Positions 54,966-64,000 of a DNA stretch of 64,000 nucleotides are shown piece by piece. The DNA lies in NCBI GenBank assembly GCA_050485485.1, contig JBJHBM010000001.1:114916-178915 (forward strand), read 5' to 3'. Position numbers and translations under genes: made by a program. The notes under the pieces were generated by a model. It searched no databases. It saw only the letters and a program-made list of their open reading frames with translations, and was not told the origin of the DNA. This stretch comes from Alphaproteobacteria bacterium (GTDB lineage Bacteria > Pseudomonadota > Alphaproteobacteria > SMXQ01). Within the stretch, counting starts at the first letter, position 1, and every line of letters starts with the position of its first letter.

Positions 54966-56092
54966 CAGCCGTCTCTCAGCAGGCGGTGGCGCATGTCGAG
55001 GTAGCCGCGGTCGGCGAGCCGCGCCCAGGCGAGGGATTCGTCGCGGAAGCGACGGAACGACTGGTAGGTGCGGCTGGTCAGGTCGTCGGCGTCCTCGAGC
55101 TCGCGCAGCATCTGCTCTGACGCCTTGGCGAGCGCGGCCAGCACCTCGTCGGGGAAGCGGCGGAGCTGGACCTCGTGCTGGCCGACCAGCACGCCGAGCG
55201 CTTCGGCGTTGCGGCGGTTGAACTCGGCCAGCATGGCATCCGTCTCGGCGCGGCAGGCGGAGGCGACGATCGCCTGGAGATCGCCCGGCAGCGCGTCGAA
55301 GCGCGCCTTGTTGACGAAAGCCTCGACCGCGCTGCCGGGCTCGTGGAAGCCCGGCCAGTAGTAGAACTTCGCGATCTTGTGGAAGCCGAAGGCGAGGTCG
55401 TTCCAGGGCCCGACCCATTCGGCCGCGTCGATGCGCCCGGAGGACAGCGCCGGGTACAGATCGGCGCCCGGCAGGTTCTCGGCCACGGCGCCGGCGCGGC
55501 GCAGCACCTCGCCGCCGAGCCCGGGCATGCGAATCTTGAGGCCCCGGAAGTCGTCGAGCGACGTCACCTCGCGCCGGAACCAGCCGCCCATCTGGGCGCC
55601 GGTATTGCCGGCGAGGAACGGCTTGAGCCCGAAGCGCGCGTAGCCTTCGTCGTAGAGCGCCTGGCCGCCGCCTTCGTGCATCCACGCCGAATGCTCGGAG
55701 GCGGTGAAGCCGAAAGGCACCCCGGTGAAGAAATTGAAGGCGCGCGACTTGCCCTGCCAGTAATAGGCGGCGGCATGGCCCATCTCGACGGTACCCTGGG
55801 ACACGGCGTCGAAAACCTGGAGCGGCGGGATGGTGCCTGCCGGCAGAACCCGGACCGACAGCCGGCCCTCGCTCATGTCGGTGATGCGCTGGGCCAGCCG
55901 CTCGGCGCCGGTGCCGAGGCCGGGAAAGCGGTCGGGCCAGGCGGTCGCCATGCGCCACACGTGGCGCTCGCGCACGACGGCGGGTGCGGCAACGGCGGCG
56001 TCCTTGCGGCTTTCCCGCGCGAGGAGGTAGGCGCCCCCCGCTCCGGCGGCGAGGCCGGTCGCTGCGCCCGCGATGAAGTCACGACGGTTCAT
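54965..56092 (-). CDS. TRAP-transporter solute receptor, DctP family (COG4663-type), Tat-secreted; orphan with no adjacent dctQM
   Basis: MNRRDFIAGAATGLAAGAGGAYLLA twin-arginine signal. 375 aa. DctP-like alpha/beta fold motifs. Confidence 0.75.
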   Translation of the reverse strand: MNRRDFIAGAATGLAAGAGGAYLLARESRKDAAVAAPAVVRERHVWRMATAWPDRFPGLGTGAERLAQRITDMSEGRLSVRVLPAGTIPPLQVFDAVSQGTVEMGHAAAYYWQGKSRAFNFFTGVPFGFTASEHSAWMHEGGGQALYDEGYARFGLKPFLAGNTGAQMGGWFRREVTSLDDFRGLKIRMPGLGGEVLRRAGAVAENLPGADLYPALSSGRIDAAEWVGPWNDLAFGFHKIAKFYYWPGFHEPGSAVEAFVNKARFDALPGDLQAIVASACRAETDAMLAEFNRRNAEALGVLVGQHEVQLRRFPDEVLAALAKASEQMLRELEDADDLTSRTYQSFRRFRDESLAWARLADRGYLDMRHRLLRDG

Positions 56093-56129
56093 GAAAGGCG
56101 TTCTCCCTGGGTCACATGTCCGTGGCCGG

Positions 56130-56854
56130 TTACGGCGTACGTGGCTCGAACGGAATCCAGCCGTCGCCCGGATGCAGCGCCTCGAGCGGGCGGAAGCGGG
56201 CTTTATAGGCCATCTTGGCCGAGCGCGCGATCCAGTAGCCGAGATAGACGTAGTCGAGGCCGAGCGCGCGGGCATGTCCGGCGAGCCAGATCACCATGAA
56301 GGTGCCGAGGCTGTCGCGCGGGTCGGCGGGGTCGTAGAAGCTGTACACGGCGGAAAGGCCGTCGCCCGCGCGGTCGGCCAGCATCACGCCCGCCAGCCTT
56401 CCGTCTTCGTGCCGGAATTCGGCAGTGAAGGTCGGGACCGGGCTGGTCAGCATCAGCCCCTCGAACTCGCGCTGGCCCATGCCGTCCATGCCGCCGCCGG
56501 GGTGGCGGGTGGACTGATAGCGCGCGAACAGCGCGAAATGCTCGTCCTCGACGCGCGGCGGCGCGTGCAGCGTGACCGCGAGCCCGGCGTTGCGCCGTGC
56601 GATGCGGGCGAGGGTGCCATGGGGCCGGAAGCGGCGCGCGTCGATGCGCACCGGCACGCAGGCTTCGCAGCCGGGGCACGCCGGCCGGTAGATGATGTCG
56701 TGGGAACGGCGGAAGCCCGCGCGCACGGCAGCATCGTAGATGTCGGCGGCGTCGCTTCCGTTCAGCTCGGCCGCGACGTTGCGCTCCTCCCGGCCGGGCA
56801 GGTAGGGGCAGGGACGCAGGCGTGAGCCGAACAGCGAGATGGAACGGGCGGACA
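56130..56854 (-). CDS. bpt: Arginyl/leucyl-tRNA--protein transferase Bpt (ATE1-like)
   Basis: CPYLPGRE...YRPACPGCEAC Cys cluster of the ATE N domain, and an ATE C domain. 241 aa. Confidence 0.8.
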
Positions 56855-56949
56855 TGGCCGTATTATGCCGTCCCGGACGGCCCGGCCGCAATCGGGGGAT
56901 GGTTCGCCGTCGGAAAAACCGATGTTTCCGGGTATCTCGGGAGCGCCGC

Positions 56950-58005
56950 TCAGTTCCCGGAAGACGGCGGCAAAGCGAGTCCGCTGCTGCGGCTGACGAC
57001 GGGAGGGGGCGGCGAGACGGCGGCCGCAGGCCGGGGCATCGTCTCGTTGACGGCGGGCGGCACCGGCGCCTGGCGCAGCAGCGTGATCGAAAGGCGCCGG
57101 TTGCGCGCCGATTCCGGATCGTCCTTGACGAGATGCTCGGTGTCGGCGCGTCCGACCACGCGCGTGATGCGCTCCCCCGCAAGGCCGAAATGCAGCATCT
57201 CGCGGCGCGCGGCATGGGCGCGGTCGGTGGACAGTTCCCAGTTGGTGTAGCTGGAGCCGCGCGCGTAGGGCGTCGCGTCCGTGTGGCCGGAGATGGCGAT
57301 CTTGTTGGGCAGGCCGGCGACCGCATGGGCGACCATTTCCAGAAGCTGCCGGGTATGCTGGTAGGGCACGGCGGAACCGCGCGCGAACATCGAGGTCTGG
57401 TCCTGGTCCACGATCTGGATGCGCAACCCTTCCTCGGTGCGTTCCACGATCAGGTTCTCGGCGAGGCGGCGTAGCTCGGGTCGCGTCTCGACCGCCCGCT
57501 TGAGCGCCTGCTCGACCTCCTCGAACATCCTTTCCTCGCGCCGGCGCATGATCTCTTCCATCTGCGACTGGGTGAGTTCCTTCTTGGGCGCTTCGGGGTT
57601 CCTGCCGGCGTTGTCGGGATCCTTCACGCGCTCGTCGCGCGTGCCGGCCTCGACCCGATCCTCGGATTCGGCATCCTGCTCGCTCGGCTTCGAGTCGGGC
57701 GAGGGAACCGGCAGGCCGACGGGCGCCCCGCGTCCGCGCTGCGGCCCGTCGAGCGTGATGGTGGCGCCGCCGAGAATCTGGCCGGCGCCGGACGTGGTGC
57801 GCGACACCGATGCGGCGTTGAAGTATTCGGAAATGCCCGAACGCTGTTCCTGGGTGGTCGAGTTGAGCAGCCAAAGCAGCAGGAAGAACGCCATCATGGC
57901 GGTCACGAAGTCGGCGTAGGCGACCTTCCACGCGCCGCCGTGATGGGCGCCGTGATCGCCGCCCTTCTTGCGCCGGACGATGATCGGTGCGGCGTTGGTT
58001 GCCAT
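56950..58005 (-). CDS. motB: Flagellar motor protein MotB (OmpA-like C-terminal domain)
   Basis: N-terminal TM with a conserved Asp region (AYADFVTAMMAFFLLLWL). OmpA-like ISGHTD...WELSTDRA. Confidence 0.85.
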   Translation of the reverse strand: MATNAAPIIVRRKKGGDHGAHHGGAWKVAYADFVTAMMAFFLLLWLLNSTTQEQRSGISEYFNAASVSRTTSGAGQILGGATITLDGPQRGRGAPVGLPVPSPDSKPSEQDAESEDRVEAGTRDERVKDPDNAGRNPEAPKKELTQSQMEEIMRRREERMFEEVEQALKRAVETRPELRRLAENLIVERTEEGLRIQIVDQDQTSMFARGSAVPYQHTRQLLEMVAHAVAGLPNKIAISGHTDATPYARGSSYTNWELSTDRAHAARREMLHFGLAGERITRVVGRADTEHLVKDDPESARNRRLSITLLRQAPVPPAVNETMPRPAAAVSPPPPVVSRSSGLALPPSSGN

Positions 58006-58027
58006 CGTTCCCTGTCCCGTCCCGGCG

Positions 58028-58888
58028 TCAGAGCGCGGGCGCGTTCTGGACCGCGTCCTCGACCTCGTAGAAGGTCGGGCGCACGTCCTCGAACAGCGCC
58101 TTGCGCGCGAACTCGACGGAGACCGACGGCGCGTTGCCCTGCATGTGGGCGAGCAGCGCCACCTTGATGCACTGCAGGTACTTGAGCTCCGCCTCGAAGG
58201 TCGAGCGCATGGAGGCTGCGACGGGACCGAAGAAGCCGTAGGCGAGCAGCACCCCCAGGAACGTGCCGACCAGCGCGCCGCCGATCAGCCTGCCCAGCAC
58301 TTCGGGAGGCTCGGTGATCGAGCCCATCGTCTTGATGACGCCGAGCACGGCGGCGACGATGCCGAGCGCGGGCGTGCCGTCGGCCACCGTCTGGACCGCG
58401 TTGGCGACCTGCATCTCCTCGGCGTGGCGGGCCGCGATCTCGTCCTCCATCAGGGTTTCCATCTCGAACGGATTTTCGGCGCCGAGCACCATCATGCGCA
58501 GGTAGTCGCACAGGAAGGTGAGCGTGTGATGGTCGTTGTAGATCGTGGGGAACTTGCGGAACAACTCGCTTTCGTGGGGATTCTCGACATGGGCCTCGAG
58601 CACCAGCATGCCCTTGGACTTGGCGAGCTTGAAGATGGTGAACAGCAGCGTCAGCAGCTCGAGATAGGCCTGCTTGTCGTACTTCGGGCCCTTGAGAATT
58701 TTACCGAACGCCTTGCCGGAATTGAGCAGCACCGGCTTGGGGTTGGCGATGATGTAGGCGCCGAGGGCCGCGCCGCAGATGATGACGACCTCGAACGGCT
58801 GCCACAGGACGTAGAGCTTGCCGCCCATCGCGACATAGCCGCCGAAAACGCTCAGGACCACTGTGATGACGCCGACGATGAAGAACAT
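58028..58888 (-). CDS. motA: Flagellar motor stator protein MotA
   Basis: 286 aa. 4-TM MotA/TolQ/ExbB family (GIVAAVLGVIKTMGSI...GGALVGTFLGVLLAYGF). Confidence 0.85.
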   Translation of the reverse strand: MFFIVGVITVVLSVFGGYVAMGGKLYVLWQPFEVVIICGAALGAYIIANPKPVLLNSGKAFGKILKGPKYDKQAYLELLTLLFTIFKLAKSKGMLVLEAHVENPHESELFRKFPTIYNDHHTLTFLCDYLRMMVLGAENPFEMETLMEDEIAARHAEEMQVANAVQTVADGTPALGIVAAVLGVIKTMGSITEPPEVLGRLIGGALVGTFLGVLLAYGFFGPVAASMRSTFEAELKYLQCIKVALLAHMQGNAPSVSVEFARKALFEDVRPTFYEVEDAVQNAPAL

Positions 58889-59071
58889 GTCCGCCTGCTT
58901 GGCTGATGTTGACCGGAAGCGTCGCGCGCCTTCGCACGCGCCTCCGTTTGCCCGTGCGGCGAAGCTCGCAGGCTCTTGGTTAAGAACGGGTTTATCCGCC
59001 CCCCGGAACCTGACGCCCCGGCCGCGTTTCCCGGGCCGGGACGAGTCTAGGCGGAGGGAGTTAAGCCGGCC

Positions 59072-61528
59072 TTAAGGCTGGGCCGTCGGAGGAGAGGGCG
59101 GATGGGGCACGAGATGCAGGGTTTCGACCGGCCAGCGCGGCCGCGCGGGCAGCGTCACGAAGCCGCCGTCGCGCCAGCCCTCGGTCAGGTCGGCATAGCG
59201 CGGCGAAAGCGGATTGCCGGACTGCCCGCCCGGCATGGCGTAGAGCGAGCGCTCGAGGTCGGCGAGGTCGTAGATGCCCCGGAACGTGGCGCCATGGACG
59301 TGGGCGAACGGGCCGTCGCCGTATCTCGCGCGCCGTCCCGTGCGGTAGGTGCCGCGGTTGACTGTAAAGTCGTCGCCGTCGGTTTCCACCGTGACGCGGG
59401 TGAGGCGGCCCACCACCGGAATCCAATCGAGGAAGAGGTTGCGGAGGTTGGCCTGGTGCAGCGCTCCCCAGCGCCAGTTCGCGACATCGCCGAGTTGCGC
59501 TTCCAGGTCGGCGCGGGCGTCGTCGAGGGCGGCGGCCAGCATCTCGCCGCAACTTTCGCGCGCTTCGGTCGTGACGTCGTTGCACCAGGCGGTGTCGCTT
59601 TCGATGACGCGCTGGATCAGGCGCGGGCGGACGCGGGAAAAATCGCCGGCGTACGGGCCGAGCTCGTCCGCGAACAGCCGCACCATGATGCGCTCCATCC
59701 AGGCATTGAACAGGAGGGGTTCCATGCGGTCGCGCGCGACGCGGCCGTCCCAGGCGGCGAGCCGCTCGAGCAGCTCCTCCGTTTCGGCACTGCGTGGAGT
59801 TTCGCGCATGAGGAGAGGCAGAAGGTCGCGGGCGGCGTAGGAAACGACGTCCATCAGCAGCGCGCGGCTGGTCGTGACGTCGTGGCGCGGGCGCACGGCC
59901 AGCTGGTCTTCGATGCGCCGCGCCCGGTACGGCTCGTCCCAGTCGCGCGAGATGAGATGCGGATAGGCCGGCCCCACGGCCCGGTTGTTGGCGTTGACGA
60001 TGGTGCCGCGCCCGGGGTTGTAGCTGCGCGGCAGGGCGCCGGCGGGAATGAAGCCTTGCCAGTCGTGCGCAGGGTCGTCGCCCCGGGCGGGCTCTTCGCC
60101 GCTGCCGGCGCCCTGCCCGCGGATCGGGATGCGGCCGGCGACGGAGACGCCGATGTTGCCGTCCGTGTCGGCGTAGAACAGGTTCTGTACGGGGCTTTCG
60201 AAGAACTCCAGCGCCGCGGTGAAGTCGCTCCAGCTCCGCGCCAGGTTGATGCGTCGCAGAGCGTCGCCGGAACGGTCGCCATCGGCCAGCATGGCGGATC
60301 GCAGCACGATCACGGTGCCGGGCGGCACCTCGCCGGAAAGGGCCCCGGCGATGTCGGAGACCACGGGACCGTTGCGGGTCTCGCGCACGGTGAGGACGAC
60401 GTCCTCTCCGCCGCGCACGCGGATGGTCTCCTCGCGGGTCCGGAACGCGCGGGGCCCGTCGGGCGCGAGGTAGCGGCCGGGGTCGGCCGGGTCGAGCCTT
60501 TCCACCACGAGGTCATCCGTGTCCGCGCCGGTCGTGGTCATGCCCCATGCGATGCGCCCGTTATGGCCGAGCACGTGGAACGGCACGCCGGGGGCGGTCG
60601 CGCCGGCGACGGCGAAGTCCGGCGTGGCGATGCGGGCGAGATACCAGACGTTGGGCGCCCGCAGGCCGAGATGGGGATCGTTGGCGAGAAGCGGCCGTCC
60701 CGACGCGGTATGCGTACCCGCGATGGCCCAGGCGTTGGAGGCGCTGTGGCGCGGCGGCGCGGGAGGAAGTGCGGCATCCATGGCATCGAGCAGGCGCAGG
60801 GCATCGGGATCGAGCGCAGTGCCTTGCGGCACGGCGGGCGCGATGCCGGCGAGATCGGTCAGGGGTACCGTCACCGGGGCGTCTTCCGGATAGGGAAGGA
60901 ACAGGCGGCGCGCGGCCTCGGCGCCGAGATGCGCCTCGATCCGCGCGCGCGCCATCTGGCGGCGCCAGTTGCCCGACAGGTTCCAGGCCATGAGCCGTCC
61001 CCAGACGAGCGAATCGGCCGGGCGCCAAGGCTCGGGCTCGAATCCGAGCAGGACGAATTCGGGCGGCAGGGCGCCGCGCCGCGAGGCGATCCAGGCGTTC
61101 ACCCCGCGCGCATAGGCAGCGAGCGCGTCGCGCGTCTCCGGGGAAAGCTGGGCGAGACTCGCTTCGGACCGGGCGTAGAGGCCGATCGTGCGCATCAACC
61201 GGTCCTGGACCAGAACGCGGGGGCCGACCACCTCCGCAAGCCGTCCGGCACCGAGGCGGCGCATCGAGTCCATTTGCCACATGCGGTCCTGCGCATGGGC
61301 GTAGCCGAGGGCGTAATAGGCGTCGTTCGTCGTTTGGGCCCTGATGTGGACGAGGCCGTCGGGGTCGCGGGAGATCTCCGCCGGGCCGTCCAGTCCGGGG
61401 ACGCTCACGCTGCCCTCGGTGACGGGCAGGGAGCTTCTGAGCCATAGGTAGGTGATGCCGGCGCCGATCAGCAGCAGCACCGCCGCGAGCGCCAGCATCC
61501 AGCCTAATATCCGGCTTATAAAACGCAT
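59072..61528 (-). CDS. Penicillin-amidase / acyl-homoserine-lactone acylase family (Ntn-hydrolase S45) protein
   Basis: 818 aa. N-terminal TM/signal. YALGYAHAQDRMWQMD. SNAW nucleophile region (ASNAWAIAG). Confidence 0.85.
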   Translation of the reverse strand: MRFISRILGWMLALAAVLLLIGAGITYLWLRSSLPVTEGSVSVPGLDGPAEISRDPDGLVHIRAQTTNDAYYALGYAHAQDRMWQMDSMRRLGAGRLAEVVGPRVLVQDRLMRTIGLYARSEASLAQLSPETRDALAAYARGVNAWIASRRGALPPEFVLLGFEPEPWRPADSLVWGRLMAWNLSGNWRRQMARARIEAHLGAEAARRLFLPYPEDAPVTVPLTDLAGIAPAVPQGTALDPDALRLLDAMDAALPPAPPRHSASNAWAIAGTHTASGRPLLANDPHLGLRAPNVWYLARIATPDFAVAGATAPGVPFHVLGHNGRIAWGMTTTGADTDDLVVERLDPADPGRYLAPDGPRAFRTREETIRVRGGEDVVLTVRETRNGPVVSDIAGALSGEVPPGTVIVLRSAMLADGDRSGDALRRINLARSWSDFTAALEFFESPVQNLFYADTDGNIGVSVAGRIPIRGQGAGSGEEPARGDDPAHDWQGFIPAGALPRSYNPGRGTIVNANNRAVGPAYPHLISRDWDEPYRARRIEDQLAVRPRHDVTTSRALLMDVVSYAARDLLPLLMRETPRSAETEELLERLAAWDGRVARDRMEPLLFNAWMERIMVRLFADELGPYAGDFSRVRPRLIQRVIESDTAWCNDVTTEARESCGEMLAAALDDARADLEAQLGDVANWRWGALHQANLRNLFLDWIPVVGRLTRVTVETDGDDFTVNRGTYRTGRRARYGDGPFAHVHGATFRGIYDLADLERSLYAMPGGQSGNPLSPRYADLTEGWRDGGFVTLPARPRWPVETLHLVPHPPSPPTAQP

Positions 61529-61586
61529 GAATACAATAAGTTACCCTATTTTTCGAAAGTCATATGGGAAATATCTGGAAACGCCT

Positions 61587-62642
<1,056 letters not shown>

Positions 62643-62836
62643 TCATAGGGCGTGCGGACCGGCGAAACAACCGCCGCAGAGCTTTCCGCGGCGGCCGGAA
62701 CGTCTTTGGCTACAGAGGGTTAGGGGCAATCTCCGGTTAGGACAATGTTAAACTTTGGGGGCGGATAATCGGTTTGCAGACGGGCTCCGACGGGGCCGCA
62801 TGAGGGTCTCAACACAGCGATCGAAACGAGGGTGCC

Positions 62837-63316
62837 GTGGACCATATCTACCAGGACGTGATCTTCCTGATCGAACGGCTGCACCGCCAGTTCCTCGAAG
62901 TGGTGAAGACCGAAATCGACCGCATCGGCATCGAGGACATCAACAACGTGCAGGCGCTGATCCTGTTCAACATCGGCGAAGAGGAACTGACGGTGGGCGA
63001 GCTCACCAATCGCGGCTACTACCTCGGCTCCAACGTGTCCTACAACGTCAAGAAGATGGTCGAGAACGATTACCTCGTGCACGAGCGCTCGACCCACGAC
63101 CGGCGCTCCATCCGCGTGCGCCTTTCGCCCAAGGGGCTCGATCTCTATGCCAAGATGAAGGTGATGTTCGAGCGCCACATCGCCGAGCTCGACGCGAGCC
63201 CGGCGCTCAACGACGAGCTCAAGGGCGCGATCAAGTCGCTCCGCCACATGGAGCAGTTCTGGACCCGGCTCCTGGCGCTGGGGCTGCGCGGCGGCATCAA
63301 CGCCTCGGCCGCGTGA
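62837..63316 (+). CDS. MarR-family transcriptional regulator (noticeably lower GC than its surroundings)
   Basis: 159 aa. Winged helix ELTVGELTNRGYYLGSNVSYNVKKMVENDYLVHERSTHDRRSIRVRLSPKG. Confidence 0.75.
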   Translation: MDHIYQDVIFLIERLHRQFLEVVKTEIDRIGIEDINNVQALILFNIGEEELTVGELTNRGYYLGSNVSYNVKKMVENDYLVHERSTHDRRSIRVRLSPKGLDLYAKMKVMFERHIAELDASPALNDELKGAIKSLRHMEQFWTRLLALGLRGGINASAA

Positions 63317-63365
63317 CGCTTTCCCGGGGTTTCCGGCCTCCCGGCCGGAGCCCGCCATCGCGCCT

Positions 63366-63394
63366 TTGACGACATGCGGGCCGCTTGCTATCAA
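63366..63394 (+). promoter_or_regulatory. Sigma70-like promoter upstream of the gapR-like gene (TTGACG-N17-TATCAA), overlapped by a perfect 10-bp-arm palindrome GGGCCGCTTG-CTAT-CAAGCGGCCC (63378..63401)
   Basis: Read from the sequence. Confidence 0.5.
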
Positions 63395-63444
63395 GCGGCC
63401 CTTCGCTTGTGCGTCAACCGAGCAACGGAAAGGGGCATCTGAAC

Positions 63445-63693
63445 ATGGACGGGGCCGATCCGCAGACCATCGCGCGCCTGAAATCCTTCGTCGAGCGCGT
63501 CGAGCGCCTGGAGGCCGACAAGGCCAACATCGCGGCCGACATCCGCGAGGTGTACGCCGAGGCCAAGTCGCAGGGCTTCGACACCAAGGCGCTGCGCCAG
63601 GTGATCCGGCTGCGCAAGATGGATCCCGCCGACCGCCGCGAGCAGGAGGAGCTGCTCGATCTCTACAAGGGCGTGCTCGGCATGGAGGACTGA
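63445..63693 (+). CDS. gapR: GapR-like nucleoid-associated protein (DUF2312)
   Basis: 82 aa. LKSFVERVERLEADKANIAADIREVYAEAKSQGFDTKALRQVIRLRKMD closely matches the Caulobacter GapR core (...[46 protein letters not shown]...). Confidence 0.75.
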   Translation: MDGADPQTIARLKSFVERVERLEADKANIAADIREVYAEAKSQGFDTKALRQVIRLRKMDPADRREQEELLDLYKGVLGMED

Positions 63694-63787
63694 TCTTGCG
63701 GCGGCGATCGTCCGGTTGCGCCGGTTAGTGTGGCAGCCGTTTCCCGAATGGACTAGATTTCCGCCACGGGACGGCGGGGGGAGCGCG

Positions 63788-64000
63788 ATGACGGACGGGC
63801 CGGGCAAGCGGAGCGGCGGAGCGGCGGCGGACGAGGTCATCGTCGAGTTCCACCGCGTCGGCAACGCGGTCAAGGTTTCGGCCGTCGATACGCGCACCTA
63901 CGAGGAAGTCTCGATCGTGGCCCCGGCGCATTCCACCGAGCGCGAGATGACCGACGCCGTGCTGCGCAAGCTCGCCTGGGTGCAGGCGCGCGGGCCGGAA
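63788..64000 (+). CDS. Conserved hypothetical protein, 5' partial (continues beyond the window)
   Basis: ATG 63788 after GGGGGGAG. MTDGPGKRSGGAAADEVIVEFHRVGNAVKVSAVDTRTYEEVSIVAPAHS... No stop before the window end. Confidence 0.4.
   Translation, partial: MTDGPGKRSGGAAADEVIVEFHRVGNAVKVSAVDTRTYEEVSIVAPAHSTEREMTDAVLRKLAWVQARGPE

Noticed and set aside
53898-55958. N-terminal ~330 aa of the 686-aa ORF and the ORFs 53997..54746 (+) and 55175..56299 (+)
   Set aside because: The real HtrA-like gene starts at 54965, where its start overlaps the dctP stop. The upstream extension runs through dctP in another frame.
56762-58906. ORFs 56762..57931 (-), 56839..57474 (+), 57903..58511 (-) and 57968..58906 (+)
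   Set aside because: They overlap bpt, motB and motA in other frames or on the other strand.

Overview
High-GC (about 65-70%) chromosomal segment, most likely from an alphaproteobacterium. The evidence for that placement is a GapR/DUF2312 homolog, rpoZ-rsh synteny, a pdxJ-acpS-lepB-rnc-era block, and many Bug/TctC-family binding proteins. About 65 protein-coding genes can be supported. No rRNA, tRNA, CRISPR array, transposase or integrase was seen.

The first ~22.8 kb is an accessory-looking carboxylic-acid catabolism and transport island. It contains a LysR regulator, an aldehyde dehydrogenase, a UbiD decarboxylase with its UbiX partner 5 kb away, and a TPP-dependent enzyme. It also has two tandem ornithine-cyclodeaminase/mu-crystallin paralogs, two single-domain cupin genes and an MFS transporter. 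It carries two complete tripartite tricarboxylate transporter (TTT) sets with non-canonical architecture: tctA precedes tctB, and one copy is fused as TctA-TctB.

The most unusual element is a ~60-aa C-terminal domain conserved across four proteins, with the signature T-[IV]-T-[IV]-x-G, [DA]L[KQ]xGMxC and a C-terminal [IV]xCK. It is appended to two of the four TctC-family binding proteins. It also occurs as two tandem stand-alone secreted ~85-aa proteins encoded between tctB and tctC. Each stand-alone gene has its own near-identical sigma70-like promoter, a conserved ~150-nt leader and its own terminator. I cannot assign this domain to any named family.

The remainder is largely housekeeping: dapA, smpB, folK, rpoZ, rsh, pdxJ, acpS, lepB, rnc, era, recO, parC, hemB, motAB. 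Interspersed are a serine-protease/OpuAC-type binding-domain fusion, an M23 peptidase overlapping a bactofilin gene, an orphan TRAP dctQM pair and a distant orphan dctP. There is also a copper-homeostasis island (multicopper oxidase, CopA P-type ATPase, DUF2933, a Met-rich PepSY-like protein) that appears translationally coupled to an HtrA-like protease and a small Cys-rich protein.

All calls come from reading the translated ORFs and the nucleotide sequence. No database searches were run.
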